64,000 bases of DNA from Octopus sinensis (lineage: Eukaryota). Of this stretch, positions 40,494 through 53,800 are shown piece after piece. The notes beneath the pieces are model-generated. The model saw nothing but the letters and a program-made list of their open reading frames with translations, ran no database searches and had not been told where the DNA came from. A program made the translations under genes and the position numbers. The DNA lies in the NCBI RefSeq assembly GCF_006345805.1, contig NW_021824836.1, positions 1 through 64,000 on the forward strand. Direction: 5' to 3'. Position 1 is the stretch's first letter. Each line of letters begins with the position of its first letter.

Positions 40494-40500
40494 TCGTCGA
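38957..40500. repeat. Trinucleotide island: (GGT/GGC)n, (GAT)n, (GAG)n
   Basis: Direct reading. Confidence 0.93.
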
Positions 40501-40819
40501 CGACGACACAGTTGATGGTACAGTTCTTTATTATTTGCCAGTCAACAAGAAAATTACATCACTAAAGCTTATGAGAAGAATTAGTAGTTATTAAGAGGGT
40601 AACTTTTTTTTTCCTTTTACCATATCAATTTTATCTTTAAGAGATGGAAGAATATTCAATAATTACATCAGATACACTTCGCCTCGCTTTGTTTCATCCC
40701 CGATCATCATCAATGTTTTTTTTAATCCTAGTTTACTACATGTTTCTCTGAGTTTAGAAACAAGAAACTTGTTCAGTCCGGGTCTCTTCTACAACTGCAC
40801 ACACTCAGACAGACAGAAA

Positions 40820-40906
<87 letters not shown>

Positions 40907-40974
40907 GAATTGTGCACCTGGTGACAACCAGAGATATTGAAACCGATCGTAACATGTTATAATAGATGTAAAAA

Positions 40975-41144
40975 ATTCTGTTGTGTCTGGGGAGAGTCAT
41001 TTTCTTTTTGTGCCTTATAATGTAACACACTCACCGGTAAAATTTCCACTTTTTTCTTATCGTTATTGTCCTAAAATTTTACCGGTGAGTGTGTTACATT
41101 ATAAGGCACAAAAAGAAAATGACTCTCCCCAGACACAACAGAAT
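40975..41144. mobile_element. MITE with essentially perfect ~70-bp TIRs
   Basis: ATTCTGTTGTGTCTGGGGAGAGTCATTTTC...ACCGGTAAAATT is mirrored; short spacer. Confidence 0.88.
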
Positions 41145-41589
41145 ATGCTTCAACACACGAACTCATATAAAGAATCTTGCAAACCAAATCCAAAAACGAG
41201 ATGTAAAAAAAAGATGAGTTTAATAGTCTGACGATTTAAAATATTTTTGTGCACGATATAACTAGAATAATACGTTAGAAAACAATACATGTATACTTAC
41301 ATTCATTCATACATATATAATACTTGCATACGTACATATAGACATCGTGTCTGTGAACTCGTAGACAACTATGCCAATCGATGAATGACAAGTTATCTTG
41401 TCCTAGATGTTACAGACAATTATTGTCAGCAATGTCTGTGCTGAAATTTGAAGTCAATAACATCTTACAAAACACTGCTAAGACTTTCGTCTACAAAGCT
41501 AAGAAGTCTAGAAACAAGTTAGAACAAGATCTCCGGCTTTGCAATAATGTGGATGTTATTTCGTTATTTCCTTTTCCTAGATAACGATA

Positions 41590-41908
41590 AACGTCGCCCT
41601 TTTCAAGCCAAGACAGGCTCATGGGCCCGGTTTCCCGGTTTCCCGGTTTCTGTGGCGTATGTGTTCCGCCCAGCTGGACGGGACGCCAGTCCATCGCAGC
41701 GTTACTCAAGAAACAGCAAGAGAGAGTGAGAGAAAGTTGTGGTGAAAGAGTACAACAGGGGTCGCCACCACCACCCCCTGCCGGAGCCTCGTGGAGCTTT
41801 TAGGTGTTTTCGCTCAACAAACACACACAACGCCCGGTATGGGAATCGAAACCGCGATCCTCCGACCGCAAGTCCGCTGCCCTAACCTCTGGACCATTGC
41901 GCCTCCAC
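41590..41908 (-). mobile_element. SINE family A head with an alternative tail
   Basis: Family A 5' half joined to GCGATGGACTGGCGTCCCGTCCAG...; short TSD TTCCTAGA. Confidence 0.8.
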
Positions 41909-42568
41909 CCTATTCCTAGAGAGATGACTAAACAGATACGAGGAGTCTCTCACTCCCCGTTGTTGGATGGCCGTCAACTGTACTGTTTAACAGGTTTCGT
42001 TTTTCGTCCTGTAGGACAGTACTTTTCAAACTATCTGATGTGGCATACCGGCAGCTTTTTCCAATGTGCCAGGGACCGGTAATATTTCTTAGTAATATTG
42101 ATTTATATCGGAAACAATATATATAATGAATATAATAAAAGTTGACAATTTTTTAATTTTATAATTTATTTTGTAAACAAATAATACAATATTACATAAG
42201 CATTTTATAAGCATTTCATAATGTATCTTTCTTTCCTGGAAACTCGCCGCGTAACGGCAACTGATGGCTCGTGGTCCGGCACCAGTCGGCGGACCACAAC
42301 TTTGAATAGCACAGCTCTAGAGTGTCCAACGAAAACAACTCTCCTTACCAAATAAGCTTGTGGGGTTGCCGGTTTAGTGGCCGACGGTCCGACCATGCAA
42401 CATGCTGTCCTGGGTTGCATGTTATCAATAGCATAAGAGTGACTTGATATAACCTGATGATTGCCTCATCTTGTCAGATGATAGCCGTCACACATTCACC
42501 CTGACTGTTTCGTAAAATACTAAACGGATCAGGAAATAAAATGATTGTGAAACAGCTGTACGTCACTG

Positions 42569-42806
42569 GATTTAAGTGACAAAAGATTTAAGTGACAAAA
42601 GATTCAAGTGACAAAAGATTTAAGTGACAAAAGATTTAAGTGACAAAAGATTTAAGTGACAAAAGATTCAAGTGACAAAAGATTTAAGTGACAAAAGATT
42701 CAAGTGACAAAAGATTTAAGTGACAAAAGATTCAAGTGACAAAAGATTAAGTGACAAAAGATTTAAGTGACAAAAGATTCAAGTGACAAAAGATTTAAGT
42801 GACAAA
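42569..42806. repeat. 16-bp minisatellite, ~15 copies of GATTYAAGTGACAAAA
   Basis: Direct reading; T/C variant at one position; one unit has a 1-bp deletion. Confidence 0.95.
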
Positions 42807-43289
42807 TGCCACTCTTGGTCACCATGGTAGGTTCCAGTGACAAGCATTGCAAGATGACTAGGACTCTTTTGACTGCAAGTTTTATGTCAGAGTATCATTC
42901 AACTAGAAGAGCAAGTTTCTCAATGGCAGTGTGAAAAAAATCCATTTAACCCATAGATAAGACTTTCACACGTACTACCGTTCCGAGTCAGAATAAACCT
43001 GGGAGTAATGGTAATTAAGAAGTGAGATTTCACGCTATCTCGCAACTCCAGAATTCCAGAACTCCTGAACTGGTGCCTCATTACATGACACATGACATAC
43101 ATACATACATACATACATGGTGGCTGCCCCCTCGTTATCGAGTATGGCCATTGCACGAAGCTTAATGAATGTTGTTATCGTGCAATGCCTGTGCAAGAAG
43201 ATTCTTTTTAAAGTGAGGAAAGGCTGTGCACTGAGTCAATCCCACTCACTAAGCAACAGCAGCCATAATCCGAAAAGAAGAACAAGTCA

Positions 43290-43655
43290 ACAACATCGGT
43301 AACCACTGAGCCGCTGGTTTTATGTCGAAGTTATCCCAGTTACCTGAGTTACCTTCTCCTAGAAGGATGCCCTAACAAAGGCTAGGAGTCCTTCACTCCC
43401 AATGGTTTAACCGCGCGATCGGGTATTCAGTCCGATTATTTCTATGTCCCTGCGCATGATACAGCCTTAAGACATTATTGGATGGCCGCTGACTCTCAGG
43501 AGTTCCTCCGTCCTTTGACGGTTTTGTTTTTCATCCCCAGGGTGTCCAATAAACACCCTCCTCACCAAGCAAGTTTGGGGGGTTGCCGGTTAGTCGCCGA
43601 CGACCCGACCATGCAACAGGTTGTACTGGGTTACATGTTACCAGTAGCACTCGAC
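43290..43655 (-). mobile_element. Repeat resembling an RTE 5' UTR (related pieces at 42300-42435 and 45600-45910)
   Basis: Three copies of GACCATGCAACA.G.TGT.CTGGGTT.CATGTTA; minus strand contains CTAGGAGAAGGTAACTC. Confidence 0.5.
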
Positions 43656-44019
43656 ATACATACATACATACATACATACATACATACATACATGCATGAT
43701 GCATACATATCTGCATGCATACATACCTGCATGCATGCATACATACATAAATATCAATAACTATTGGTGCACTTGGTTATGTTAATAAACCGGTAGCCAA
43801 ACTCTAGTAAAACTAAACTTTTCAAGCAAAAGAGACTCCTGAACGCTAGATTTACAGATGCAATCTGTAAGAACAGTAAAAATATGCAAGTCTTCTTAAA
43901 GTTTGTTATATAACAATTATTGATATTGTTAACCAGCCTCAAGTGATGAAGCTTCTGTTTCTTTGTTAGAAACAAGCACCCTCTTTCTGGGAAGAATCCT
44001 AATAAATAAATAAAAAGTG

Positions 44020-44032
44020 AAGCACACATAAA

Positions 44033-44066
<34 letters not shown>

Positions 44067-44077
44067 CATACATACAT

Positions 44078-44109
<32 letters not shown>

Positions 44110-44189
44110 CATACATACATTACATACATACATACATACACACATACATACATACATATATACATACATACATTACATACATACATACA

Positions 44190-44220
<31 letters not shown>

Positions 44221-45398
44221 CATACATACATACATGCATACATACATACATACATACATACATACATACATACATACATACATGCATGCATACATACATA
44301 CATACATACACACATACATACATACATACATACATATATACATGCATGCATGCATGCATGCATACATACATACATACATACATACATTCATACATACATA
44401 CATACATACATGCATACATACATTCATACATACATACATACATGCATGCATGCATGCATGCATACATACGTACATACATACATACATACATACATACATA
44501 CATACATACATACATACATACATGCATGCATGCATGCATACATACATTCATACATACATACATAAATGCATGCATGCATACGTACGTACATACATACATA
44601 CATACATACATACAGACATGCATACATACATTCATACATACATACATACATGCATGCATACATACATACATACATACATACATGCATACATACATTCATA
44701 CATACATACATACATGCATGCATGCATACATACATACATACATACATACATACATGCATGCATACATACATACATACATACATACATACATGCATGCATA
44801 CATACATACATACATACATACATACATGCATGCATACATACATACATACATACATACATACATGCATACATACATTCATACATACATACATACATGCATG
44901 CATGCATGCATGCATACATACATACATACATACATGCATGCATGCATACATACATACATACATGCATGCATGCATGTATACATACATACATACATGCATG
45001 CATGCATGCATACATACATACATACATACATACATACATGCATGCATGCATGCATACATACATTCATACATACATACATAAATGCATGCATGCATACGTA
45101 CGTACATACATACATACATACATACATACAGACATGCATACATACATTCATACATACATACATACATACATGCATGCATACATACATACATACATACATA
45201 CATACATGCATACATACATTCATACATACATACATACATGCATGCATGCATACATACATACATACATACATGCATGCATGCATGCATGCATACATACATA
45301 CATACATACATACATACATACATACATACATACATGCATGCATGCATGCATGCATACATACATACATACATACATACATACATACATACATACATACA

Positions 45399-45429
<31 letters not shown>

Positions 45430-45437
45430 CGTACATG
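44020..45437. repeat. 1.4-kb (CATA/CATG)n compound microsatellite
   Basis: Direct reading; source of the 440-aa ORF. Confidence 0.97.
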
Positions 45438-46489
45438 ATGACTGCAAACCCGTGTTCGAGTATTGCCATCGCCTGATCGAAAGTCCTACAACCAGTTATG
45501 TGATAGGTCTTATTCTTGTATTTCAAGCGATACCTGTGCATGATGATTTTTTATAGTGGGGAAAGGATTTGCACAAATCCATCGAATATTATCAGTGTCG
45601 CAGGTTTTCTTTCAGAGTTTCTCTCTCCTAGAGGGATGCTGTGACAACAACAGAGGGACCTCCCACTCCCAGTGAGACAACCGAGCGCCTGGATACCAAT
45701 CTAGGTATTTCTACATCCCCGCATATACATACATGAATACAAATCTATGTACACATATTGTTGAACGGCCGTTGACGGCTCATGAGCTCTTCCACCTTTC
45801 GACAGGTTTTATTTTTCGTTCTGCAGGGGTTGCCAGTTTAGTCGCCGACGACCCGACCATGCAACATGCTGTACTGGGTTACATGTTACCAGTAGTACCA
45901 AGAACGAGCTAACATATATATATACATACATAGATACATATATACATACATACATACATACATACATACATACATACATACATACATACATACATACATA
46001 CATACATACATACATACATACATACATACATACATACATACATACACACACATACATACACACATACATACATACATACATATATACATACATACATACA
46101 TACATACATACATACATACATACATACATACATACAGTAGGTGTAGTATAACCGAATGATAAAGAAGTTTGCTTTACAGTTGACAGGTCCTGGGTTCGAA
46201 CTCCTGTGTGGAGTCTTGAGTAAATGTCATTTTCTATACTCTAGTATTGACACATACCTTGCGAGTAGAATTGAGTACACGGAAAACTGTACAGGAGCCA
46301 GTCGAGGGGTATTGTATCTGCAATTCTAAAGGTACAGCCTTGTTACGCTTTGTGTCACACAGATTTTGCCAAAAGTTAAGGGTACATGAGCCTGTGGAAT
46401 ACTAGACCGCTTACGTGTTAAAATCAGGAGCAGGTAATTCAATTGATCAAACAAGCGAGCCCCTGACGACAAACGACGGGGATCCACTA

Positions 46490-46690
46490 CTACCACCACC
46501 ACTAAACTCACCACCGACATCACCACCATCACCAAAATCACCACCGCCGCCACTACCACCACAACTACCACCACCACCACCACCACCACCACCGCCACCA
46601 CCGCCACCACCACCACCACCACCACCACCGCCGCCGCCGCCGCCACCACCACCACCACCACCACCACCACCACAACGACAACAACAACTC
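46490..46690. repeat. (CCA/CCG)n
   Basis: Direct reading. Confidence 0.93.
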
Positions 46691-47123
46691 TGTTGACTAT
46701 TTTTCCATTCGCTAATGCGACGACATTCCACTTCACCTCTATGGAATTACTTTGACTGTACTTAAAACTTCACGAAGCTGGGATAAAAATAAATAAGAGA
46801 GCTTTTTTAATTCTCTAACGTCAGCTTTTAAGAAGGTGAGCGCGATATCAACATCGCCCAATCAGTCAAGTGACACCACCAAAAGATAAACGAAATAAGT
46901 TAAAGTTTACAATAAATAAATACAGGAAAATAATAGTAACGGGGGTCAAGCATTTTGGAGGACGGTGTTTGATAAAATCGTTACAGAGCTTGACTGGTAC
47001 AGATTTTATCAACCACGGAAGGGATTAGACACAGAATTTAACAGCGTAACTAAATACTAAAAGGCCATTTTTTGTTTCGGGAACTGGTCTCATCTATCAA
47101 GAACACCACCACCAATAATAATA

Positions 47124-47170
<47 letters not shown>

Positions 47171-47171
47171 A

Positions 47172-48140
47172 GAAAATTAATTGCAAAGACAGAAATTTAG
47201 CTAGCAGATGGGAACAGAAACCTCTCCATGGCAAGTATGTGGCCCGTAGCAAACAAGCTGATGTCGACCAGAAACACACGCACCAATGGTTACGAAGCTC
47301 GGGGCTAAAAGCAGAGAGTGAAGGTTTCATATTAGCTGCTCAAGACCAAAGCTTATTAACCCGGAACTACCAAGTCAATGTGATAAAAAATCGAGCTGAC
47401 CCAAAATGCCGATTCTGTAACGATGAGATTGAAACAATAGACCACCTAATCTCAGGGTGTAGAGTCTTAGCACCTGCAGAATATAAAGCAAGACATGACA
47501 GAGTCGGCCACTATTTACATTGGACAATATGTCGGTATTATAAAATCAAAACCGCTGACAAATGGTATAAACACCATCCTGAAGCTGTGACTGCAGGAGA
47601 AAATATGTCGATTTTATGGGACTTCCCCGTACAGACCGACAAAACTATAAAAGCTAATAAACCGGATATTATTATAAAAGATCGGACAAAAAAGATGTGT
47701 TTATTAATTGACATGAGTATCCCTTGCGATCACAATATAGTGGCGAAAGAATTTGACAAGATTAGTAAATATAAAGACCTGCTAATAGAAATTGAAAAAA
47801 TGTGGCATCTCAAGGCGACTACAGTACCAGTGATTGTAGGATCTCTAGGAATGATAAAAAAGGGACTGAAACCTATTTGAAAATGATTCCAGGCTTACCA
47901 TCCCTACAGGAAGTGCAAAAAATCGTTTTAACTGGAACGGCTCATGTACTGAGAAGAGTACTATCACTGTGAAAATAACATCCATCCATGATTTTATTTA
48001 TTTATTAATTTTTAAATACATATTTTATCTGTGAATTTGCGTGTGTAATCTGGGAATGCATACAATGAGCTTCTCTGCCCTAGGTGTATGAAAAACACTC
48101 GGCGAGAAACGGAATAAAATTTGAAGAAAGAAGGAAAAAA
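47172..48140 (+). mobile_element. R4/Dong-like non-LTR retrotransposon 3' fragment (CCHC finger and restriction-like endonuclease)
   Basis: ORF 47239-47880: CRFC..ETIDHLISGC, RHD, KPDIII...LIDMSIP; flanked by (AAT/GAT)n and (AAT)n. Confidence 0.9.
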
Positions 48141-48141
48141 C

Positions 48142-48205
<64 letters not shown>

Positions 48206-48246
48206 TAAAAAGTAATAATGATAATGATAATAATAATAATAACTAA

Positions 48247-48688
48247 GGCGGCGAGCTGGCAGAATCGTTAGCACGCCGGACAAACTGCTTAGTGGCATTT
48301 CGTGCGTCCTTATGCTCTGAGATCAAATTTCTCCGAGGTGGACCTTGCCTTTCATCTTTCCGGATTCGATAAAATAAGTACCCGCTGAACACTGGGTTCG
48401 ATGTAATCCTCTTACTCCCTAGAAATTGATAGCCTTGTACCAAAATTTGAAAATCAATAATCATAATAATAATTGTTTCAAATTTTGGCACAAGGTCAGT
48501 CATTTTCGGAAAGGGAGAATAGTCATTACATCAACCCCAGTACATGACTGGTACTATATTTTATCGAGTTCGTAAGGCTGAAAGGCAAAGTCGACCTCGG
48601 CGGTATTTGATTTCAGAAATTAAAGAGATGGAAGAAATGCCGCTTAACACTTTGTGTGACGCGCCATCGATTCTCACAGTTATCGGCC

Positions 48689-48690
<2 letters not shown>
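48247..48690. mobile_element. Two old SINE-D copies tail-to-tail (+48247-48455, -48490-48690)
   Basis: Heads at both outer ends. Confidence 0.75.
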
Positions 48691-48746
<56 letters not shown>

Positions 48747-48748
<2 letters not shown>

Positions 48749-51435
48749 TCACAGAAAAAGATTTGCCGGAGATAAAGAAAAGCTGAAGCAAGATATCCTT
48801 GCCAAAGCTCAAAGGATCCGCCGGTACGAGAAACGCCAACGCTTCTTTGAACAGAACAAAAAGTTCAACTCCGACCCCAAAAAGTTCTACCAAGAACTGG
48901 GCAAAAATAAAATAGAAGTCACTGCAGCACCAACGGCAGAAGAATTGGAAGAATTCTGGAGAGAAATATGGTCGGCGAACGAACAGCCAAAAAAAAGGAG
49001 TATGAAAATAACAAACTCGGCATCTGAACAACTTTGGACCCCCATAACAACTGAAGAGGTCACCCAGGCACTGCAAAAACTAAACAACTGGAAGGCACCT
49101 GGGCATGACAAGATCCCCAACTTCTGGTTGAAATATCTAACAGGAATGCACAAAAAGCTGGCTGAAAACTTTAACAGCATACTAGCAGAGCCAGAGACAA
49201 TGCCTGAATGGCTCACGAAGGGGAAAACCACCTTAATTCCCAAATCAAATGAAACAACAAAACCAGAAAACTACAGACCAATAACCTGCCTCCCTACTAT
49301 GTTCAAGGCATTTACTGCAGTGATATCGCAAAGGCTGAACAAGCACCTGGACGAAAACAAACTGTTCCCAGAAGAGCAGAAAGGATGCCGCAAGATCAAC
49401 TAATGATTAATAAAGATCAACTAATGATTAATAAAGCCGTAACTGAAGACAGCCACAGAAAGAAGAAAGGCCTCAGTATGGCCTGGATTGACTACAAAAA
49501 GGCGTTTGATAGCATCCCCCACACATGGATCCTCGAAACACTAGCCATTAACAAAGTAGCACCAACAATCATAAAATTCATAGAGCACTCTATGAATAAA
49601 TGGCAACAGTCCTAACCTCCAAACAAAAGAGGGACTCATGAAACCAAAGACATCCCCATTAGAAGAGGAATATTCCAGGGAGACACGCTCTCTCCACTCC
49701 TTTTCTGCTTGGCACTGTCACCTCTATCTGATATGCTAATAGAACTGGATGCGGATATAAATGTTACGGCAAAACGATCAGCCACCTTTTATATATGGAT
49801 GACCTAAAACTATACGCTGCAAATGACAAACAGCTGGAAACACTATTAAAGACAGTTCATGGATTTACCAAAGAAATAGATATGAAATTTGGATTAGAAA
49901 AATGCGCCAAAGTAACCATGAAAAGAGGAAAACTAGTTAAGAGTAACAACATCACACTAGATAAAACCAATGAAATAAAAGAATTAGACCAAAGCCAAAC
50001 TTACAAATACTTAGGAATCCATGAACTAGATAAGACACAACCACCACAAATGAAAGAGAAAATAAAAAAGAATATTATAGACGAGTTAAATCAATACTAA
50101 AAACAGAGCTCAATGCTAAAAACAAGATAATAGGTATCAACACCTTAGCTGTCCCAGTTATAAGTTACAGCTACAATATCCTTAACTGGACACGAAATGA
50201 ACTGTCCAAAATAGATAGGAAAACAAGAAAATACTGACAGGATCTAGGATGCATCACCCAAATCTGACATAAAAAGACTATATATACAACGTATAGAAGG
50301 TGGTAGAGGCCTTATACAGCTGGAAAACTACTATAAAATAACCACCATAGGACTGCAAAAATACCTACTTCAGAAGGAAGGAAAACTGATCCAGATAGCA
50401 GCAAAACACGAGCAAAACAAAAAACTGTTCTCAGTATTTAAGGAAGCTGACAAATACAAACAAGAAATCATACCACCTAATAAACACAAGAAGAAGAAGA
50501 AGATAAAACAACAAAAGCTATAAAACAATGAAATCCAAACTAAAAATAGAACAGCAACGAGCCATGATAAAACGATGGCAAGAAAAGCCCCTTCATGGTA
50601 AATACTGCACTAAACTAAACGCAAAAGAATAGACAAAGAAAAATCCCAGCAATGGTTGAGAAGCTCAGGACTCAAAGCAGAAACAGAGGGATTTTTAATT
50701 GCAGCACAAGACCAAAGCCTCCCCACCAGAAATTACCAAAAACATGTAATGAAAAGAAAAATTACAAGTAACTGCAGATATATGTGGAGATGGACAAGAA
50801 ACAATAAATCATATTATCTCTAGCTGCCCAGTCCTGGCTAAGAAGGAATATATTCACAGACATGACAGAGTTGGAACCTACATACATTGGAAGCTATGCC
50901 AACATTATGGAATAACAACAGAAAAAAAATGGTATAGGCACACACCAGAAAAGGTCACAGAAACGAGAAAGCAACCATACTCTGGGATATGCCGATACAC
51001 ACAGATAGAGAAATTAAGGCCAACAGACCAGATATAGTTGTCAGAGATCATGAAGAAAAAAATGCTTTCTAATTGATGTATCAATACCGGCAGATGACAA
51101 CGTGTCTCTAAAAGAAATGGAGAAACTCTCAAAATACAAAACCTGGAAATAGAGGTAACTAGAATGTGGAACCTGAAAACAGAAACAATTCCTATCATAG
51201 TGGGTGCATTAGGCATGATAAAAAAATATTCAGACAAATACATAACAAAAACACCAGGACTTACAAACACATATAACATACAGAAAATTGCACTACTAGG
51301 CACTGCACACATCCTACGCAGAACACTTTCCATACAATAACCATCAGAGCATCACAACAAATCACAGCACATACCAAGGCACACAGAGCTGCGCTCGGTA
51401 GTGAAGTGAAAGCACGCTATAAAAATATACTACTG
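48747..51435 (+). mobile_element. R4/Dong-like non-LTR retrotransposon, 5'-truncated, frameshifted RT and REL endonuclease
   Basis: WKAPGHDKIPNFWLK, NYRPITCLPT, MAWIDYKKAFDSIPH, YMDDLKLYA, RHDRV, RPDIV; embedded in (AAT)n on both sides. Confidence 0.92.
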
Positions 51436-51606
51436 AATATATAATAATAATAATAATATAATAATAATAATAATATATAAAATAATAATAATAATATAAT
51501 AACATAATAATAATAATAATAATAATATAAGAATAATAATATAATAATATAATAATAATGATAATAATAATAAAATAATAAGAATAATAATAATATATAT
51601 AAGATA

Positions 51607-51638
<32 letters not shown>

Positions 51639-51774
51639 CAATAACAACTAATAATAATAATAATATATGAATACATAATAATAATAATAATAATAATTAA
51701 TGTATGATAATGATAATAATAATATATAATGATAATAATAATAATCCATACTACTCTATACTACTCTAGGTACA

Positions 51775-51940
51775 AGGTACAAGGCCCGAAATTTTGAGGG
51801 AGAGGACCAGTCGATTAGATCGAACCCCCAGTAAGCAACTGGTACTTAATTTATCGACCCCCCGAAAAGATGGAAGACAAAGTCGATCTCGGCGGAATTT
51901 GAACTCAGAACGTAAAACAGACGAAATACCGCTAAGCATA
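51775..51940 (-). mobile_element. SINE family D fragment
   Basis: GGCGGAATTTGAACTCAGAACG motif. Confidence 0.8.
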
Positions 51941-51971
<31 letters not shown>

Positions 51972-52149
51972 GAGAAGAAGAAGAAGAAGAAAGAAAGAAG
52001 ACGAAGAAAGATAGAAGAATACAGAAGAAGAGAAGAAGAAGAAGAAGAAGAAGACTAAGAAGAAGAAGAAGAAGAATAAGAAGAAGAAGAGAAGAAGAAG
52101 AAGAAGAAGAAGAAGAAGAAGAAGAAGAAGAAGAAGAAGAAGAAGATAT

Positions 52150-52558
52150 ACCAGACATCGGAAACCGGATATTATTGTGGTGAATAAAAAAGAAAGAACT
52201 TGCATGATAATCGATATAGCATGTCTCAGTGACAACAGGATCAAAGAGAAAGAAAAAAAAAGAACTGAGCAACTACGACGATTTGAAGAGGGAAACACGA
52301 AGATTGTGGTCAATGAGAAGAGCAGACGTGATACCAGTTGGAAGTATCAGCACTCAACTACCACCATGGCTCAAAAAGATTGGTACAAATGTAAAGATAG
52401 AACATCTACAAAAATCAGCATTGCTTGGAGCTGCAAGAATTCTTCGCGGGGTTCTTGAAGCATGATCAGTAAACAAGTGTCACCTTAGTCTGCTGGCTGT
52501 GGACAGCTGATACTTTCCATCATACCCAGCAAAATAAGCTGAGAGTTTTGATCAAATA
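52150..52558 (+). mobile_element. Third R4-like REL endonuclease 3' fragment (distinct family)
   Basis: PDIIVVNKKERTCMIIDIAC and LQKSALLGAARILR; preceded by (GAA)n, followed by (AAT)n. Confidence 0.8.
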
Positions 52559-52626
52559 ATAATAATAATAATTTCTCTACTAATCGTAAGGGCTTATCGT
52601 TATGTTCAAGGTGTATCAAGGCAGTT

Positions 52627-53192
52627 TACTTTTTTACTCTTTTACTTGTTTCAGTCATTTGACTGCGGCCATGCTGGAGCACCGCCTTTAGTCGAGCAAA
52701 TCGACCCCGGGACTTATTCTTTGTAAGCCCAGTACTTATTCTATCGGTCTCTTTTGCCGAACCGCTAAGTGACGGGGACGTAAACACACCAGCATCGGTT
52801 GTCAAGCAATGCTAGGGGGACAAACACGGACACACAAACACACACATACATATGTATATATATACATATATACGACAGGCTTCTTTCAGTTTCCGTCTAC
52901 CAAATCCACTCACAAGGCATTGGTCAGCCCGGGGCTATAGCAGAAGACACTTGCCCAAGATGCCACGCAGTGGGACTGAACCCGGAACCATGTGGTTGGT
53001 TAGCAGGCTTAAAAGACTCCGCCGGTTACGACGACGAGGGTCCCAGCTGATTAAAGTGTCTTGCTCAAGGACACAACGCGTCGCCGGGAATCGAACTCAC
53101 AACCTTACGATCATGAGCCGAATGCCCTAACCACTAAGCCACGCGCCCTCACCGGTTAGCAGGCTACTTACCACACAGCCACTCCTGCGCCT
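52627..53192 (-). mobile_element. SINE family C with an internally deleted CORE-SINE (53010-53153) inserted in its head
   Basis: 12-bp TSD GGTTAGCAGGCT at 52998 and 53154. Confidence 0.85.
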
Positions 53193-53229
53193 AAAGTTTT
53201 CTAAAGATTTCTTCAATCAACTACTGCAT

Positions 53230-53800
53230 AAAACGTTGATCATGTCTATAGGCTTTGCGTGCTGGGAATGACGTGCTCAGATTCCAATAGCTGGGTCCCT
53301 CTGCCCACGAGTCTTATTTAGATCGACCCTGTACCTTTTGGAAGCTGGCCGGTTGAAATTGCAAAACTCCAGACTATCTTTGTTTGTTGCCCCAGAAAAT
53401 ATCCTATTGAAATACGAGCCGATGCTGTTTTCTCAAAATTAGACATTTGGGATATCCAGTTGTTGCCGGTCAGACAGTTGGAAACATTGAATAGTTTTTC
53501 GAGGCTTTTACAGCTCTCTCCTATCGGCTGACCCCACACAATCCCTTAAGATACCGTTCTAGTCTGTCACTAATGCTGAAAACTAATAACCTCCAAACAA
53601 CACTTCTAAACGCTTGAAGAATTCCGACCGCCGTGTTCTTTTTAGAGTAGAGATGGCCACTAAACTGAGAGCATCGTTTTCGCTACTGATCACGTCCACG
53701 ATCACTGACTTACTAACCGCATCCAGGGAGTTCATCCGTGCCTTGAGATTCTGACCTTTCCGAAGGAACACTGCCACTCCCCCCGATCCCATTTGACTAT
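53230..53800 (-). pseudogene. L1/Tx1-like apurinic endonuclease remnant
   Basis: SGGVAVFLRKG...VIVDV...SLVAI....RRSEFFKRLEV resembles Tx1/L1 APE. Confidence 0.6.

Noticed and set aside
44234-45556. 440-aa ORF and the many other HTYI/MYVC/YI/VC-type ORFs
   Set aside because: Translations of (CATA)n, (TATG)n, (TA)n and (GT)n microsatellites, which lack stops in several frames
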